A DNA stretch of 64,000 bases from the human T2T-CHM13v2.0 reference genome, Homo sapiens. Numbering within the stretch: the first letter of the stretch is position 1; every line of letters starts with the position of its first letter. Positions 31,716 to 45,160 of the stretch are shown here, piece after piece. The position numbers and the translations under genes are program-made. The notes under the pieces were generated by a model. The model did no database searches and was not told the DNA's origin. It was given only the letters and a program-made list of their open reading frames with translations. The DNA lies in assembly GCF_009914755.1 (NCBI RefSeq), contig NC_060932.1; one strand, given 5' to 3'.

Positions 31716-32082
31716 TGCGCAATGGACTGAATGTGTATGTCGCCCACCAAACTCATATGTTGAAGCTCTAACACGCAAGGTGATGGTATTAGGAGGTGGG
31801 GTTTTTGGAAGGTGATTAGGTCATGAGAGTGGAGTCCTCATGGATGTGATTAAAGCTATTCTGAAAGGAATCCCAGAGAGCTCTCTTTCTCTTTCTGCCA
31901 TAGGAGGACACAATGAGAAGAGAGCGGTCTGCAATCCAGAAGAGGGCCCTCGCCAGTACCCAGCTCTGCTGGAACCCTAGTCTCAGACTTCCAGCTTTCA
32001 GAACTGTGGGAAATAAATGTCTGTGGTTTCCAAGCAACCCAGCCTATATGCTTTGTTATAGCAGCCAGAACTGACTAAAACT
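31716..32082 (+). mobile_element. MLT1A-type MaLR solo LTR
   Basis: aatggactgaatgtg...ctcatatgttgaag...aataaatgtctg...ctttgttatagcagcc...gactaaaac. Confidence 0.88.
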
Positions 32083-32559
32083 GGTAAAAGGGTGCTTCTA
32101 ACCATACAAATTTTAAGCTGTTTCAAGCTCTCTGCAGGCCACACAAAGGCCATGGTCCAGTCAGGATGTTTAATTGGATGGGATATTCTCATGAATTAAT
32201 TACCCAACTGTCTTATTTTTATATTTAAAATATTATATCCAAATAAGAACACAGATCCAGGTTTTTATTTACAGCCAAGAGAAAAGTGCAAGCAATTCCC
32301 TAGGGTAGTCCATGTCAAAGCAAAACAAAACAAACAAAAAGCTCCTCTTGCATGTAAAGTGGTCAGTTCTTGCAATGCTCCCTTCTGATAGTGGAATTTA
32401 TGGTTAAAATTAGACTTCCCATTGATCAAATTATGCTTTAGCATTTCTTGGAGAGTAGCAAAAAATATGTTTCTCAGTTAGGCTATAAACAAAAATCTAT
32501 AGCAATTAACTTAATTTTTAGTTAAAAATTGTGGTAAAAGTTTTAACTTAATTTTTAAA

Positions 32560-32700
32560 GAGAAACAAACCCTCAGGAGACACAAATTCTCTGACACCTT
32601 GATCTAGGACTTCTAGCCACCGGAATTGTGAGAAAATAAATTCCTGTTTCTTAAGCTATCCAGTTGTGGTATGTTGTTATAACTCTAGCAAACCAGTAAT
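32560..32700 (+). mobile_element. MLT1 3' LTR fragment
   Basis: gacaccttgatctaggacttctagcc...tgtgagaaaataaattcctgttt. Confidence 0.75.
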
Positions 32701-33360
32701 TTCACTTCTTTTGGGTATTTACCCAGAAATGAAATTGCTGGATCATGTGGTAATCCTCTATTTAATTTTTTAAGAAATTGCTGCATCATTTTCTATAGCA
32801 GCTGCAGCATTTTACATTCCCACTACTAATGCACAGGGGTCCAATGTCTCCACATGCTCGTCAATACTTGTGATTTTCTATTTTCTTAAGTTTTAACTTT
32901 TGGATGATAGCATCCTAGTGGGTGTGAAATAATATCTCATTGTGGTTTGATTTGTATTTCCCTAATGGCTAGTGATGTTAGCATCTTTTCGTGTGCTTGT
33001 TGGTCATTTGTAACCTTATTTGGAGAAATGTCTATTTAAGTGCTTTGCTTATTTTTAAATCATTTTTTGTTCTTGCTGAGTTGTAGGAGTTCTTTATGTG
33101 TTCTGGATATTAACCTCTTATCAGATGCATAATCTGCAAATGCTTTCTTCCATTATGTGAGTTGCCTTTTCACTCTGTTGGTAGTGTCCTTTGATGCACA
33201 AATTTTGAAGTTTAACTTACCTGTTTTTTCTTTTTTATTTCCTGTGCTTTGGGCATCATTTCAAAAAAATCTTTGCTAAATCAAGTGGCCTTTTATCCAT
33301 TTTGAGTTAATTTTTGTATATGATATAAGGTGAACATCCAACCTCATCTTTTGGCATGTG
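32700..33360 (-). mobile_element. L1M (L1MA/MB) ORF2 3' fragment
   Basis: tttgggtatttacccagaaatgaaattgctggatca...atctcattgtggtttgatttg. Confidence 0.85.
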
Positions 33361-33929
33361 GTCTCTCTGTGTTTTTATGGAAGGGTTATTATCTCAATTC
33401 TGAATTTTTGCTCTTTCTTATGGATCGCTATGTCTTTATCTCCATAACTATTCTTTATCTTTCATTTCTATGTTTTTGGTTCCTTTACAGGTAATATCAC
33501 TAATTACTAGTTACGTTTACTAGTCTAATGCACTGATCGCTGTTAAACAATTTATTTCTCTTCTATTTACATAACATAAGACTGCTTCTATTTTATACTT
33601 ACAATTTTCCTCTTGTTTTTTCTTTTCATTTTTGTGGCTCCTGTTGCACCTGTCAATGTATTGCTTAGGTCTGGAAATAGCAGGTAGGTTCATACATTTA
33701 TTCATCAGATATGCACAGGTAGAAGTTGCAAATCAAGAGAGCAAAGTAATCTGGACAAAAAAATCTAAAGAACACTCTTAGAGCCAGACTGTGTGCCAGT
33801 AACTGGTAGTTTTCTTCTTGGAACAGCTTCTTTGTAGATGATGGTCAAGTTCAGGATGTTTGCCCCAAGCTCTTCAGAACAGTCTGCCCTTGCCTCCTCT
33901 CTTCTCACTTTATAAGCTCTTCCTGATCA

Positions 33930-34935
33930 AGCTTATTTAGTCTGTGAGCTCAACCATAACCTAGACTTGGTGGTTCTCAAGGCTTCACTTCCAGCAAACA
34001 CTCCCTCTGAGCTCCAGCTGTTTCTTACATATCTCCATGCGGCTTTCCCACGCTGAACTCAGCCACTTCCCTTTTGTATTCTCCTGTCAAATAATGACTC
34101 TATGATCCATTACCAATCCAAGCCAGAGACCTTAGAGACTTCATGGACTCCCTGTCTGCCATTTCTCAACCATCTGCAAGTCTATTGATGCCAGATCCCA
34201 AATACTTCTTTTGCCTGCCCTTGTCCTCTATCTCCCATGTCCCTGATATAGTTGCACTACAAGATCCTCTTCTTCATTACTCACTGGCTGCCTCACTTCC
34301 CTCTGTGATTACATATTGCCCTCAGCATGATTTTTATAATGTCCACATCTTCTGAATAAGGTCATCAGACTCCCATCCTCAACATACTCCAGTTCATTTT
34401 TTGGTTCATCTGTTTACTAATTTTTAAAAATTCTTTTAGAAGTTGTAGTCTAAAGTGTATTACATTGCATGTTTAGTATTTGTGATCCAGCGTCTCTGTA
34501 GCTGCCAAACCTCGTTTGTGGCCTAAGACAATCTTTCTCCTCTATTTCACTCTTCCTTTATCACCCTCTCTCACACACACACTTTATATTTAAACCAAAT
34601 ACAATTACTTGTATTTAGACAAGTACATACTCTCCACCCTTTTGAATGTGTGGTTCCTTCCACAGGCATAATACCTTTCTGTCACCCAGCCACTAGAAAA
34701 TCCCTACACGTTACACAAGCTGCAATTCCAATGCTTCCTTCTCCGCAATATCTTCTTTGAACCTCAGGCTGGCCTCAATGCTCCCATCCCCTCTCCTCTC
34801 ACTGCACTTGGTAGGCACATCTGTTTAAACTATGGCCTAATCAATTTGTAATGGTTCTTTATTGATTGGTTCTCTCTGAGGGCAGGGATCATGGCTTGTT
34901 CTCTTTGTATCCCAGTGCCTAGCACAATTTTTGGC
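33930..34935 (+). mobile_element. L2 fragments
   Basis: Pyrimidine-rich L2 ORF2/3' motifs ending ctctgagggcagggatcatg...tttgtatcccagtgcctagcaca. Confidence 0.6.
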
Positions 34936-35380
34936 AAGTGAAAGACCTTTTATGAGACTATGCCAGTGCCTGCCTTCCTACTAGCTTCATATTTCAGTCT
35001 TCCATTTTCATTCACTAATTTTTTTTCTTTGACTTCTTTGGTCTTGTTATAGGCTTCATTTCTTCTGTAGTAATTAAACACGATGGCACCAGCCACAGAA
35101 ACAGCATACTCTCTGTACGTGGTAATGTTGTGCACAAAGCAATGGAGTGTCGGAGGTGCACATACTTTCTCATGTGGAAGAGTACAGGGCACCCCAGGAT
35201 TGGAACTCACTGAAAGAAACTCCCAAGTTGTTGTATGATAACAGCAGATGTGACATTTCCTTGATCTGCAGTTTTCCATAAAAGCTGTGAATTTCTTAAG
35301 AGCTCTTACTATCTGCATTTCTGATGCCCTAGAACAAAGCCTAGAAAAATAATTGTTTTCACAATTATAAATGTCAATCA

Positions 35381-35674
<294 letters not shown>

Positions 35675-35713
35675 TGTAGATAACTTTTTTCACTGTTAGG
35701 AAAATCAATTGTA

Positions 35714-36957
35714 GATATTAGCCATGAATCTTTTAATCTGGATATGAGTGTATTGGGGTAGGAGTAAGTCTCGTTCTAATTAATTTCACTAAGTAACTGT
35801 AAATAACTAGGCAAATATTAAGTTCCAGGCACTGGGAGGTGCCAGGAGTAAAATGGAAAGCAAAGCAGACACATGGCTGCTTCACTAGGGAGGGAAGCTA
35901 ACTTCAATTAGCGGTCACCTAATCAAGTGTAATAAACTGAAGCAGGTGCTACAAGGGAAGAAATGTTATCTCTGAGATGGAATAACAAAGGAACATACTC
36001 TAGGCTACAGGCAAGGCCACAATTAATTTTCTGTTGTTGTTCAACAAGTTCCCTCCAGCTTAGGCAAGACCCATGACAGTCGGGTGGTTGCAAGGCAATT
36101 CTGAGAGACTTCACAGATGAAGGGCATGTTCCCCCACAAGATCTCTCTCACTTCAGATGCCAGCCACAACTGCAGGGGCTCCCAGCCACCTGCATTTTGG
36201 ACCAACTGGCCATAAACCAGAGATTTTCCACTATCTCCTTTGATAATTTGCTAGAATGACTCAGAATTCAAGAAAATACTATACTTATGATTATACAATT
36301 TTATTACAGCACAAAATAATACAAATTAAGACCAGCTTTAAAAAATGAGATGCATAGGGTGAGGCCTGGAAAGGTCCCAAATGGGAAGCCACTGTTGACC
36401 TCTCTGTGGAGTGAGGCACATTCTCCTGGCACACCCATGCATGATAATACACATAGAGTACTGTTGATCAGAGAAGCTCACCTAAGCTTCAAAGTCTAGA
36501 GTTTTTATTGGGTTTTCATTACATGAGTATGATCAATAGAATCACTGGCCATGAGGTTGAACTCAGTCTCCAGCCTTCCTCCCCTTCCTGGAGGGCAGGC
36601 TGGTAGTATGTGGCTCCAAGTCCGAAACCTCTAATCACATAGTTGGTCTTGCCCCATCCTGAGTCACCTTTTAGCATAAACTCAGCTATGGTCTGAGGGA
36701 CCCACCATGAGTAACAGAGACGTTCTTATCACTTGGGAAATTCTAAGGGTTTAAAGCTTCCTTCCCAGGGATGGACGACAAAGGCCAGACAAATCCAGAT
36801 AAAGCGGCCCTGTGTCTGCTTTGCTTTTCATTTTACTCCCAGACCCTCCCAGTGCCTGGAACTCCATATTTGCCTAGTTAGTTAATTACTGAATGAAATT
36901 CGCTGGACTGAGACTTACCCAGCTTATATCCGTATTAAAAGACCCATGGTTAATATC
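35714..36957. repeat. Diverged inverted repeat; arms 35714-35885 and 36799-36957
   Basis: Arms align as reverse complements, e.g. taactaggcaaatat..agttccaggcactgggagg and aaagcaaagcagacaca. Confidence 0.9.
36030..36795 (-). mobile_element. MER21-type LTR
   Basis: cacttcagatgccagccaca...gataatttgctagaatgactca...atcacttgggaaattctaaggg...caaaggccagacaaat. Confidence 0.8.
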
Positions 36958-37087
36958 CAAACCATCTTCTAAAGTGGCTATACCATTTTGCATTCCCACC
37001 AGCAATGAATGAAGATTTCTCTTGCTCCACATCCTTCCTAGAATTTGGTGCTGTCAGTGTTCTAGATTTGGGCCATTCTAATAGGTG

Positions 37088-37521
37088 TGTTAAATACAAT
37101 TTATAGGAGGCCATTGGTTTGGACTGATCTCCTAAACTGGGCCCAATGGACCAAACCAAAATGGAGTTATTCATACTGAAGTTCCATGCCACCTAGCTTA
37201 CACTAAGTTCTTTATCTAAACTTCTGAAAAATTGAGAGAGAGAGAATAGCCAAATCCCAAACTGGCCAATTTTAGCTGGCATGATAAGGACATCCCCTCT
37301 TCTTTAATCTTCATAAGAAAAGCAACTTCAAAATGACTAATCTGCTTTTTGTTTTTTTGTTTCTGCTTTCCTTACTCTTTTCCTGCCTATAAAGCCAACC
37401 TTCTCTACTCAGCTTATCAGAGCACTCATTCTAGTTGATGACATGAAGTGTCTGATTCTAGGTTCACAAATAAAGCTGATTAAACCTTTAAACTAAGTGT
37501 GTTGTAATTTGTCTTTTGACA
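37088..37521 (+). mobile_element. ERV1 solo LTR (MER67/MER31-like)
   Basis: TGTTAAATACAATTTATAGGAGGCCATTG...gtcttttgaCA; 4-bp TSD ggtg. Confidence 0.85.
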
Positions 37522-37939
37522 GGTGTGTAGTGGCATCTCATGGTTGTTTTAATTTTTACTTCCCTGAGGACATATGATGTGGAACATCTTTTCATATGTT
37601 TATTTGCCTCCCAACCTCTGGCAAACACCATTCTACTCTCTGTCTCTCTAAGCTTGACTATTTTAAATTCCACATATAAATATCATACAATATCTGTCTT
37701 TCAGTCTTTGTATATTTTGGGTAATAGTCTTATCAGATGTGTCTTTTTAAATATTTTCTCCCAGTTTGTCGCTTGTCTTCTAACTCTCTTGAAATTGTCT
37801 TTTGCAAAGCAGAAGTTTTTAATTTTAATGAAGTCCAACTATCAATTCTTTCTTTCATGAATTGTGCCTTTGGTGTTGTATCTGAAAAGTTATCTCTATA
37901 TCTAAGGTCAACTAGGTTTTCTCTTCTGTTATCTTCTAG

Positions 37940-38256
<317 letters not shown>

Positions 38257-39175
38257 ATAGTTTTGTGTTTTACATCTAGATCTGTGATTCACTTTGAATT
38301 AATTTTTGGAAAGGATGTAAAGTTTTTGTCTAGATTCTTTTTTTTTTTTTTATGTGGATGTCCAGTTGTTCCAATACCACTTGTTGAACAGACTGTCTTT
38401 GCTTTATTGTATTGCCTTTACTACTTTCTCAAAGATCAGTTGACTATATTTATGTATATCTATTTCTGAGCTTTCTATTTTTTCCATTGACCTATTTGTG
38501 TATTAGTTCAACAATACCACACTATCTTGACTACTGTAGCTTTATAGTATGTCTTGAAGTCATACTATAAGTATGTAAGTACCTAGGTAAGTATCAAGGT
38601 TATGTCAGTCCTCTGACTTTGTTCTTTTTCTTCAATATTGAATTGGCTATTCTAGGTCTTTTTTCTTCTTCACATAAACTTTAGAACAACTTGGTTGATG
38701 TCCACAAAGTAATTTATTAAGATCTTGATTGAGATTGCATTGAATCTATAGATCAAATTGGAAAAAACTGACATCTTGACAATATTGAGTCTTCCTATCC
38801 ATGAACATGGATTATCTCTTTATTTACTTAGTTCTTTTTTTTTCTTTCATCAACATTTCACAGCTTTCTTCATATAAATCTCAAACATATTTTGTTAGCT
38901 TGACACCTAAGCATTTCACTTTTGAGGGTGATAATGTAAATGATATTGGGTTTTTAATTTCAAATTTTACTTGTTCATTGCTGGAATATAGGAAAGGAAT
39001 GCATAGTTTTTTAGAGCCTTTCAGAGAGTATGTAGAGCAACAAGAACAGCAAGCAGGGGACAGAGCCCTGGGCAGCATCAACATTCAAGGGAATAGAAGT
39101 AGGAAATCTTATAAAGAGAAGAGAAAAAGTAGACAGAAATGTGGGAGAGGGGAATGATGAGCAGGAGAACACAAA

Positions 39176-39195
39176 TCTGTCTCTCTCTCTCTGTC

Positions 39196-39230
<35 letters not shown>
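39176..39230 (+). repeat. (CT)n(CA)n compound microsatellite
   Basis: Directly visible. Confidence 0.95.
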
Positions 39231-39233
<3 letters not shown>

Positions 39234-39639
39234 TTCAAGAAGGAAGCTAAATGTCCACCAACGAGGCCTGGACCAAATAAATTATACTTTATGCTACATG
39301 ACCATTAAGAAAGCATCTATTCATGAAGTGGTATGGGAAGAAAGTTGATAGAATTCTTGAGTAACAAAATAATTTGAGGAAATAGGATTGTCACTATTCA
39401 AACCATTGTTTTGAACATTTTTGTTATGGGTTAAGTTTGGCAAAAATTAATAAATATGAAAACTAATGTAAAGTTCTATACTTAGGTCTAAAAGGGGAAG
39501 ATATGTCTTTATAGAATCATATGTTCAAAATATTTAGCTGATTAAAGACAAAAAATTTTATGCATGGAAGTCAACACCCTGCCCTTCCTATTTGCAATGA
39601 ATGGAGCATAATGGCCTGAACTCTATTACCATTCCACTA

Positions 39640-40670
39640 TAGTCACATCCTCTTGCCATTTTAATCAACCCCGTTTTTGCTGCTCCCTTGGCTTAGAATG
39701 CTCTTCCCTAGAGACATTCGTGGCTCCCTTCCTCACTTCACTCTGGTCTTTGCCCGAATAACCTCTCAGTGGTGTCTTCTTCGACCACCTGTTCAGTATA
39801 CCTCCCTCTACACGTACTTCACTTTCGGTCCTTTCATCAGCTCTAGTTTCTTTTGTCAACTTAAAATCACAATAGCTGTAAATTTAGAGAGGAGAGCTTT
39901 ATTTCTTATAAATGGTTGCTGCCTGAAGGTTGGGAAGCATAGCCGCCAGCAGAATCTGAAAGTGCGTATTTCAAAGGAGGAAGGGTGAAACAGGAGTTTA
40001 TACTGAAGGAGTTGGCTAAGTACACATATTTAACAGTTTATAGGAGGAGCCTTGAATATTCATAAAGGAGGGACACTTGCACACACATAAGCAACAGTGA
40101 ATATTACATATGTCCCATGTTTACTTTGGCATGGAGACTTAACATTTAACTGCATTAACATTGGGCTGTATACATCAAAAGGTGAAAAAGAGACAAAGGC
40201 ATTCTGTGCACAGCCTGTGTAAACTGGCCAGAACCACTCCAGGGTCAGTGGTCTTTTATCAGGAAGAAATGCTGTCAGTTGTTGTGTCAAAACCACAAAA
40301 AGGCTACAACATCAGGTAGGTGTTTGAAATCTGCAGTGGAGCAAGTCTTTCTTAAAAGGGCTGGTTTCTGTTTCTCCCTGAGGAAATAAAGTTCACTGGA
40401 TGTTAGCGAAGGAGGGGGTATACCGAGGTGTCTCCAGCCTCCTGTTCTGTCATGGCCAGGAACTCAGTTTTTAAAGTTTCTCTGGGGCCTCCTTGGCTAA
40501 GAGTGGATCCGTTCAGTTGAGTGGTGGTCTTAGGATTTTATTTTTATTTCTTACTTTCATGGTACTATCCCTGCCTGACATTGTCATATGTTCATTTGTG
40601 TATCTGTTGTCCGTCTCTGCTTCTAGAATGTAAACATCACGAGGGGCCATTTGGTCTGTCTCCCTCGCGT
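39640..40670 (+). mobile_element. L2 3' fragment split by an LTR
   Basis: cttagaatgctcttccc... before the LTR and ctagaatgtaaacatcacgagggg after it. Confidence 0.6.
39854..40553 (-). mobile_element. ERV1 MER4-group solo LTR (MER49/MER50-like)
   Basis: Termini tgtcaacttaaaatcacaa and cttaggattttatttttatttctta; 4-bp TSD cttt. Confidence 0.8.
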
Positions 40671-41499
40671 CCGCTGCCCTGCCTCCAAAGGGCTTCACTC
40701 TAGACTTTTTATTGGCTTTGCGTGGAAAGGCATAAACACCAATAGAGGGCTAAAGCAGACTGAGGCATTCCCTGGCATCGTCAGTCTTGATCTCTTCTAT
40801 AAAACCACACCTCCTCCCTTTTATCACATTCACCACATTATTACCATGTTGTAATGGGGGAGAACAAATGTTATTATCTGAACAGCTGGCACCAGAATGT
40901 CTTTGTTTAAGACGCTCCTTAGGGTAGAGGGTGAGACTTAAAGAGCAGGGCCAAACAGCAAAAGGATTTTGCTAAGAACAAGACCTGAAGGAAGATTGGT
41001 TCCATTTGGGGTGTGGTGGTGGTGGGTGATTGGGGTGGGAAGAATGAGGAGGAGAAAGAAGGGGCCAGAGGGAAATGGAGAGAGGCTGAGGTGAGGGGGA
41101 GTCAGTAAGATACCAGAGTCAGGGTGACCAGATGACACTTAAGGAACAGTTCTCTCCTCGTGATAGCTTTGTTTGTCCAAAAATATTTTGTGAGAATAGA
41201 TTTTATTATATGGTGTAACAGAAAGATGAGACCAAAAGGCAAAATATGAAATAATAGTGTGAGCACCTAGAAATTTGTGGAAATCTTGGCTGATGTTTCA
41301 AACATCACATGCTGAGGAATTTGGGAGTTTAAGACAAGATCTCAGGAACATCCCGAGCAGGCAGGGAGGGCCGGCGAGCAGAGGTACCTGCTACTTTTGG
41401 TTCCTTTTTTTTTTTTAAACCACTTTGTCTCTTATCTCCCAGCAAATCCTTATACCTTTCAGTTTGAAACACAAAACCTTCAGGTTTCACTAGTGCCTT

Positions 41500-41700
41500 G
41501 TGAAGTGGTTAATGTCATAGAATCTGGCATCAGACACTGGGTTTGAACCTCAGCTCATCATACCTTAGCTGTACAATCTTGGGTATGTTACTTAACCTCT
41601 TTGTGCCTCACTTGTCCAATCTGTAATATGGGAATAGCATTTCTTAAGGTTGCTGGGAATATTCATGCTTAGACATAATTTGTACTATGTAAGTGTTTTC
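41500..41700 (+). mobile_element. MIR SINE
   Basis: gtggttaa...cagacactgggtttgaacc...ttacttaacctctttgtgcctca. Confidence 0.8.
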
Positions 41701-42274
41701 TTCTATTCTTGTAATTATTATTTGGATAGATCAGAGAGAGTTTGAGATTTCAAACATAAAGTGGCTAGCCTATGAAAACTGAATGTAGTGACCAAATTGG
41801 AAAAGATCTGTGGTCTCTTGGATTTTCTGCCTCTCCTCTAAAAAGTACAGGTTCTTCTTTCCGGAGAAAGAAGAAGAGAATATTTATAAGCTCAGACACC
41901 TCCTCCCCATTTCAGTAAGATGCTCAATTGTTTCAAATTTGCCTGAAACCTAAGGCTAAAGTACTTAAAAAGAAAAGGAATGTACTTCCTGCTGGCTCTC
42001 ATATCCTTCTAGGAGAAGGTTCCAGGCTGAACTTGAATTCCCCCACCCGGAAGACTCTTGTGGGAGATGTGTACACGCCCATGCTGGGCAACGTCTGGAA
42101 AATGCATGCCAGACTTGGTCACAGTGATCTCACAGAACAGAGTCCTAGTCAAGATGTTCCATGTTTGCACTTGCAACCTTGGAAATAGCAAGAGATTGTA
42201 GAGGCTTCATGAACTCTGAAAACTTGCTTATGGATTGCAAGAAAAGCTGTGAGTTTTCTAGATGTTATTTGCCC

Positions 42275-43024
42275 TGAGGACTAAATTCTGATTTTTTTTA
42301 AATCTTGCCCAAATTCCTTGAGTGTCATGCCCTACAAATCATAAATTATCACCATATGGGTTTTATTTAACTCTATATATCATGACTCACTTTCCAACCT
42401 GACTCTGGCATAACATTATAAGACAAGGAACAAAATAAAAATATTTTACCTCAAAACATATTTCTTTGTCATATTTTGAAAAGGCCCTGTGAAGCTGTTC
42501 TTCATGGGGGAAAATTTGCATCTGTAAAGAATCTCTGTTAACATAGCTAGATCTTTTTCTTCCACACTTTCCCAATCCTAAAGAGATTAATTAAGATCTG
42601 AATAGGAAACATTTGTCATCTGTTGTCTCTAAGGGCAGCCACTATAAGACTTCAAAAGAACTTTGGTCTCCACAGTCTTTATCTCAACCTGAACATTCCC
42701 TGAACATTCCCTTTCTATCAATCTCAGGTCTTTAGACACACTCAACCAATTGTCAACCAGAAAATGTTTAAATTCACCTATAGCCTGTAAGCTCTCCACT
42801 TTGAGTTGTCCCGCCTTTCTGGACCAAACCAATGTATTTCTTAAACGTATTTGGTTGATGTCTCACGCCTCTCTAAAATGTGTAAAACAAAGCTGCTCCC
42901 TGACGACCTTGGGCACATGTTCTCAGGACCTCCTGAGGGCTGTGTCACGGGCCATGGCCACTCATATTTGGCTGAGAATAAATCTCTTCAAATATTTTAC
43001 AGAGTTCGACTCTTTTTGTCAACA
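42275..43024 (+). mobile_element. MER4-family solo LTR
   Basis: TGAGGACTAAATTCTGA...gaataaatctcttcaaatattttacagagttcgactctttttgtcaaCA. Confidence 0.88.
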
Positions 43025-43954
43025 GGCCAGGAGAGGATGTCAGCTGCACAGAGAAAGAGACCAACACTGCTGGCTCTTCCAGTTCTGGTCGGACCCTGTG
43101 GAGCACACAGCCCTTTTGACAACCTCCTGAGGCCAGTCTCTCCTCCCCCTCACAGAGAGGAGCTGGGTGCACTAGAGCCCCCAGGAGGCTTTTGAGCAGG
43201 CAAGGGGAGGGCTGTCCTCAGAGCTTCTGGAAAGACAAACTTTTAGATAGTCAGGAGGTTACGTGTCCCAGAGAGAAGGCTCACATGTTGACCTACAAAA
43301 GTAGAGAGGAGGCTGGCAGGATGTCTGGCCTGTGTGGCCAGGGTATGGCTGGATGGAACATGGAAAAATACAGACTGATCCTTTAACATTCAAAGAGGAG
43401 CAAACTGCCTCAACATTGCCCATTTAGACCAGACATGAGAAGATGCGCCATTCTGCTGTCAGGACTGAGTGGAGGTTTCATCAGGAATAGGAAATGGAAG
43501 GGAAAGATAGAGGGTGCTTGATCAACCAAAGAATTTATACCAAGATCCAGCCAAGTGTAGCTGGATGGGGCTTTTCCTGTGCTGCCAGGGCTGTGGTGAT
43601 TGTGCTGTGGACACGCTGCTGCATGTGTATGCTTCCTTCATAAGTAATAGAGGAACTGTGGAAACATTTTTAGAGGGGATGGCTCAGTATGAAGGCAGCA
43701 GCTGGTGTTCTCTGGGTTCTGGTTACCCTCATACTTTTTAGGCTTAATTGTTATACTGAATTCAGGGCTCCTTTCTTTCTGTTAACTGTAAGAACAATCT
43801 CATTCTAAGGAAAGAGGGCCTGGAAACTGCAGCTCATTCTGGCTTCTTCCTCCCTCTTCATCTGGCCCAGGAAGGCTGAGGGGCGGGGCTGTGAGAGGCC
43901 TCCTTGTCAGAGCCCCCATACGTGATGATCCAAGGGAGTTTCCTCTTTCCTGCC

Positions 43955-44335
43955 TGACTTGGTTTGGATTTGTGTTGCTGCCCAAACCTCATGTTGAATT
44001 GTAATCCCCAGTGTTGGAGGAGGAGCCTGGTGGGAGGTGATTGAATCATGTTGGCGGATTTCCCTTTTGCCATTCTTGTGATAGTGAGAGAGTTCTCAGG
44101 AGATCTGGTTGTTTAAAGTGTGTAGCACCTCCACCTTTGCTCTCTTCCTCCTGCCAGACATGTAGGATGTGCCTTCTTCCCCTTCACCTTCTGCCATGAT
44201 TTTAAGTTTCCCGAGGTTTCCCCAGCCATGCTTCCTGTACAGCCTGCAGAACTGTGAGTCGATTAAACCTCTTTTCTTTATAAATTACCTGGTCTTAGGT
44301 AGTTCTTTATAGCAATGTGAGAACACACTTATACA
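43955..44335 (+). mobile_element. MSTA solo LTR
   Basis: tgacttggtttggatttgtg...gttctttatagcaatgtgagaacacacttataCA. Confidence 0.9.
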
Positions 44336-44500
44336 GTGTCTTTCAAGTCCCCAGAAAAGACCTGAAGATCTTTCTATGATTGTCCCTATGACATTTGGAA
44401 GCAGGGACAGCTTCTTGGCATATGCATGTCTTCAGCTCTGCATTGTGACCTCCATGACCTCTCATTAGGCACTCTGTGTGACCTTGTCAGGGTGCCCTTA

Positions 44501-45160
44501 TGTGGCAGACCAGGTCTCACTAACGCAGGCCTCCATAACAACTCTTTCAGTACTGACCCAGTGGTTAAGTTAAATATTAAAAGCTGATAGAGCCAGTGTC
44601 CTTATACAAAGTCTGGAATGTAAAAAAAGCCCACCAAGAGTTTTGCCTAGGCCTTTTCTGGGCCTTAAAGTATGACAAAATAATGAAGGAATTCTGAACA
44701 GGCCCCTTTTAGGATTAAACAAGTTTTACTGGGGGGTCTGAAGAAACTCCCCAGGCCTCCACAAAAAGTTTATTGGGGTTCTGAAGGAACTCCTCAAACC
44801 TCCGTGATTTAACAGGAGACAAGATAAGGGTAATCACCCCAGCACCTGGACCCATTTAGATTAAGTAAATTTACTGAGGCTCCAGAGGAAGGTCTTCAGG
44901 ACTCAGATCTTAGTTATAGATTAGAAGAAGTTAATCACTTATGTTTTTAGATGAGTGCAAACTTACGTGTAGACATATAGCTTAGAAAGTATATAAGCTC
45001 TGGAAAACTTCATAATTTTGAGTTGGTCTGGCAATAACTTCCAGGCCTTCTCCCTGTAACCAGTAGCGGAAATAAAACTCTCTTCCCCACCAAGTTCATC
45101 TGCATTTCATTATTGGGCCACGAGAAATAGCAGCCCAACCCTCAGTTTGGTCTGGGAACA
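44501..45160 (+). mobile_element. ERV1 solo LTR (LTR15-like)
   Basis: TG...CA termini, 660 bp, TSD ctta/cttg, TATATAA at 44990, AATAAA at 45071; family name from memory. Confidence 0.75.
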
